This document shows, piece by piece, positions 25,922 through 26,219 of a stretch of DNA of 26,219 bases. Position numbers and translations under genes: made by a program. The notes beneath the pieces were generated by a model. It was not told the DNA's origin. It did not search any database and was given only the letters and a program-made list of their open reading frames with translations. The stretch lies in NCBI GenBank assembly GCA_037381445.1, contig JARRQT010000014.1, positions 1 to 26,219 of the forward strand, in the 5' to 3' direction. Each line of letters opens with the position of its first letter. Position 1 is the stretch's first letter. Source of the DNA: Calditrichia bacterium. Its GTDB lineage: Bacteria > Calditrichota > Calditrichia > RBG-13-44-9.

Positions 25922-26219
25922 TAGAATTTAAAAATGTAACAAAGATTTTAAACGGGCAAAAGGTTTTGGACAATGTTTCGTTTAAAGTGAAGGCAAACGA
26001 AACCGTGTTGCTGGTTGGCAGCAGCGGAGCAGGCAAGACCACTATCCTCAAGTTAATACTAAGACTGATAGAGCCCACCAGCGGAACAATTAAAGTACTG
26101 CAGAAGGATATTTCCAAAATTTCCGAAGATGAAATGAATGAAATAAGACAAAAATGCGGACTGGTATTTCAGGATGGTGCGCTGTTTGATTCTCTCACCA
26201 TTGCGGAAAACGTAGGCTT
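25918..26219 (+). CDS. mlaF: MlaF-family ABC transporter ATP-binding protein (3'-truncated by window edge; absent from the ORF track)
   Basis: TTG start at 25918 overlaps the mlaE stop, with RBS AGGAG at 25906-25910. Translates MIEFKNVTKILNGQKVLDNVSF...GSSGAGKTT (Walker A)...GLVFQDGALFDSLTIAENVG. Confidence 0.88.
   Translation, partial: MIEFKNVTKILNGQKVLDNVSFKVKANETVLLVGSSGAGKTTILKLILRLIEPTSGTIKVLQKDISKISEDEMNEIRQKCGLVFQDGALFDSLTIAENVG

Noticed and set aside
25115..26219. mlaEF as part of the Cyc2 system
   Set aside because: It is separated by a 335-nt AT-rich gap, Mla-type transporters are widespread housekeeping systems, and nothing beyond adjacency links them.
1..26219. CRISPR arrays, tRNA/rRNA genes, transposases, integrases, phage or defence genes
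   Set aside because: No regularly spaced repeats, tRNA-like cloverleaf or relevant protein motifs were seen by eye. The CPBP (Abi-domain) gene alone is not evidence of phage defence.

Overview
Every credible gene in this window is on the + strand, and it splits into two halves. The left half (1-16461) is transport and metabolism: the end of an NfeD-like gene, a decayed His-rich Ni/Co-transporter-like pseudogene, and a sugar porter fused by a probable deletion to an N-terminally truncated MFS gene. These are followed by a further MFS, an S10 carboxypeptidase, a CPBP protease, and a tight run of DHA2 MFS, acetate kinase, P3A-type H+-ATPase and phosphoketolase. Three upstream regions there share a TTCAT-N6-TTCAT direct repeat. 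The right half (16633-26219) is an envelope/redox cluster: three tandem triple-BON secreted proteins, then two tandem modules each made of a Cyc2-like monoheme cytochrome-porin fusion and a periplasmic monoheme cytochrome c. After these come a secreted DsrE-like protein, a single-domain TsdA/SoxA-like cytochrome and the start of an mlaEF-type ABC transporter. The duplicated Cyc2 + cytochrome c cassette, whose paralogs differ in charge and which sits beside sulfur-chemistry genes and a BON array, is the best candidate for an undescribed outer-membrane electron-transfer system. All family calls come from motif recognition and memory; no searches were run.
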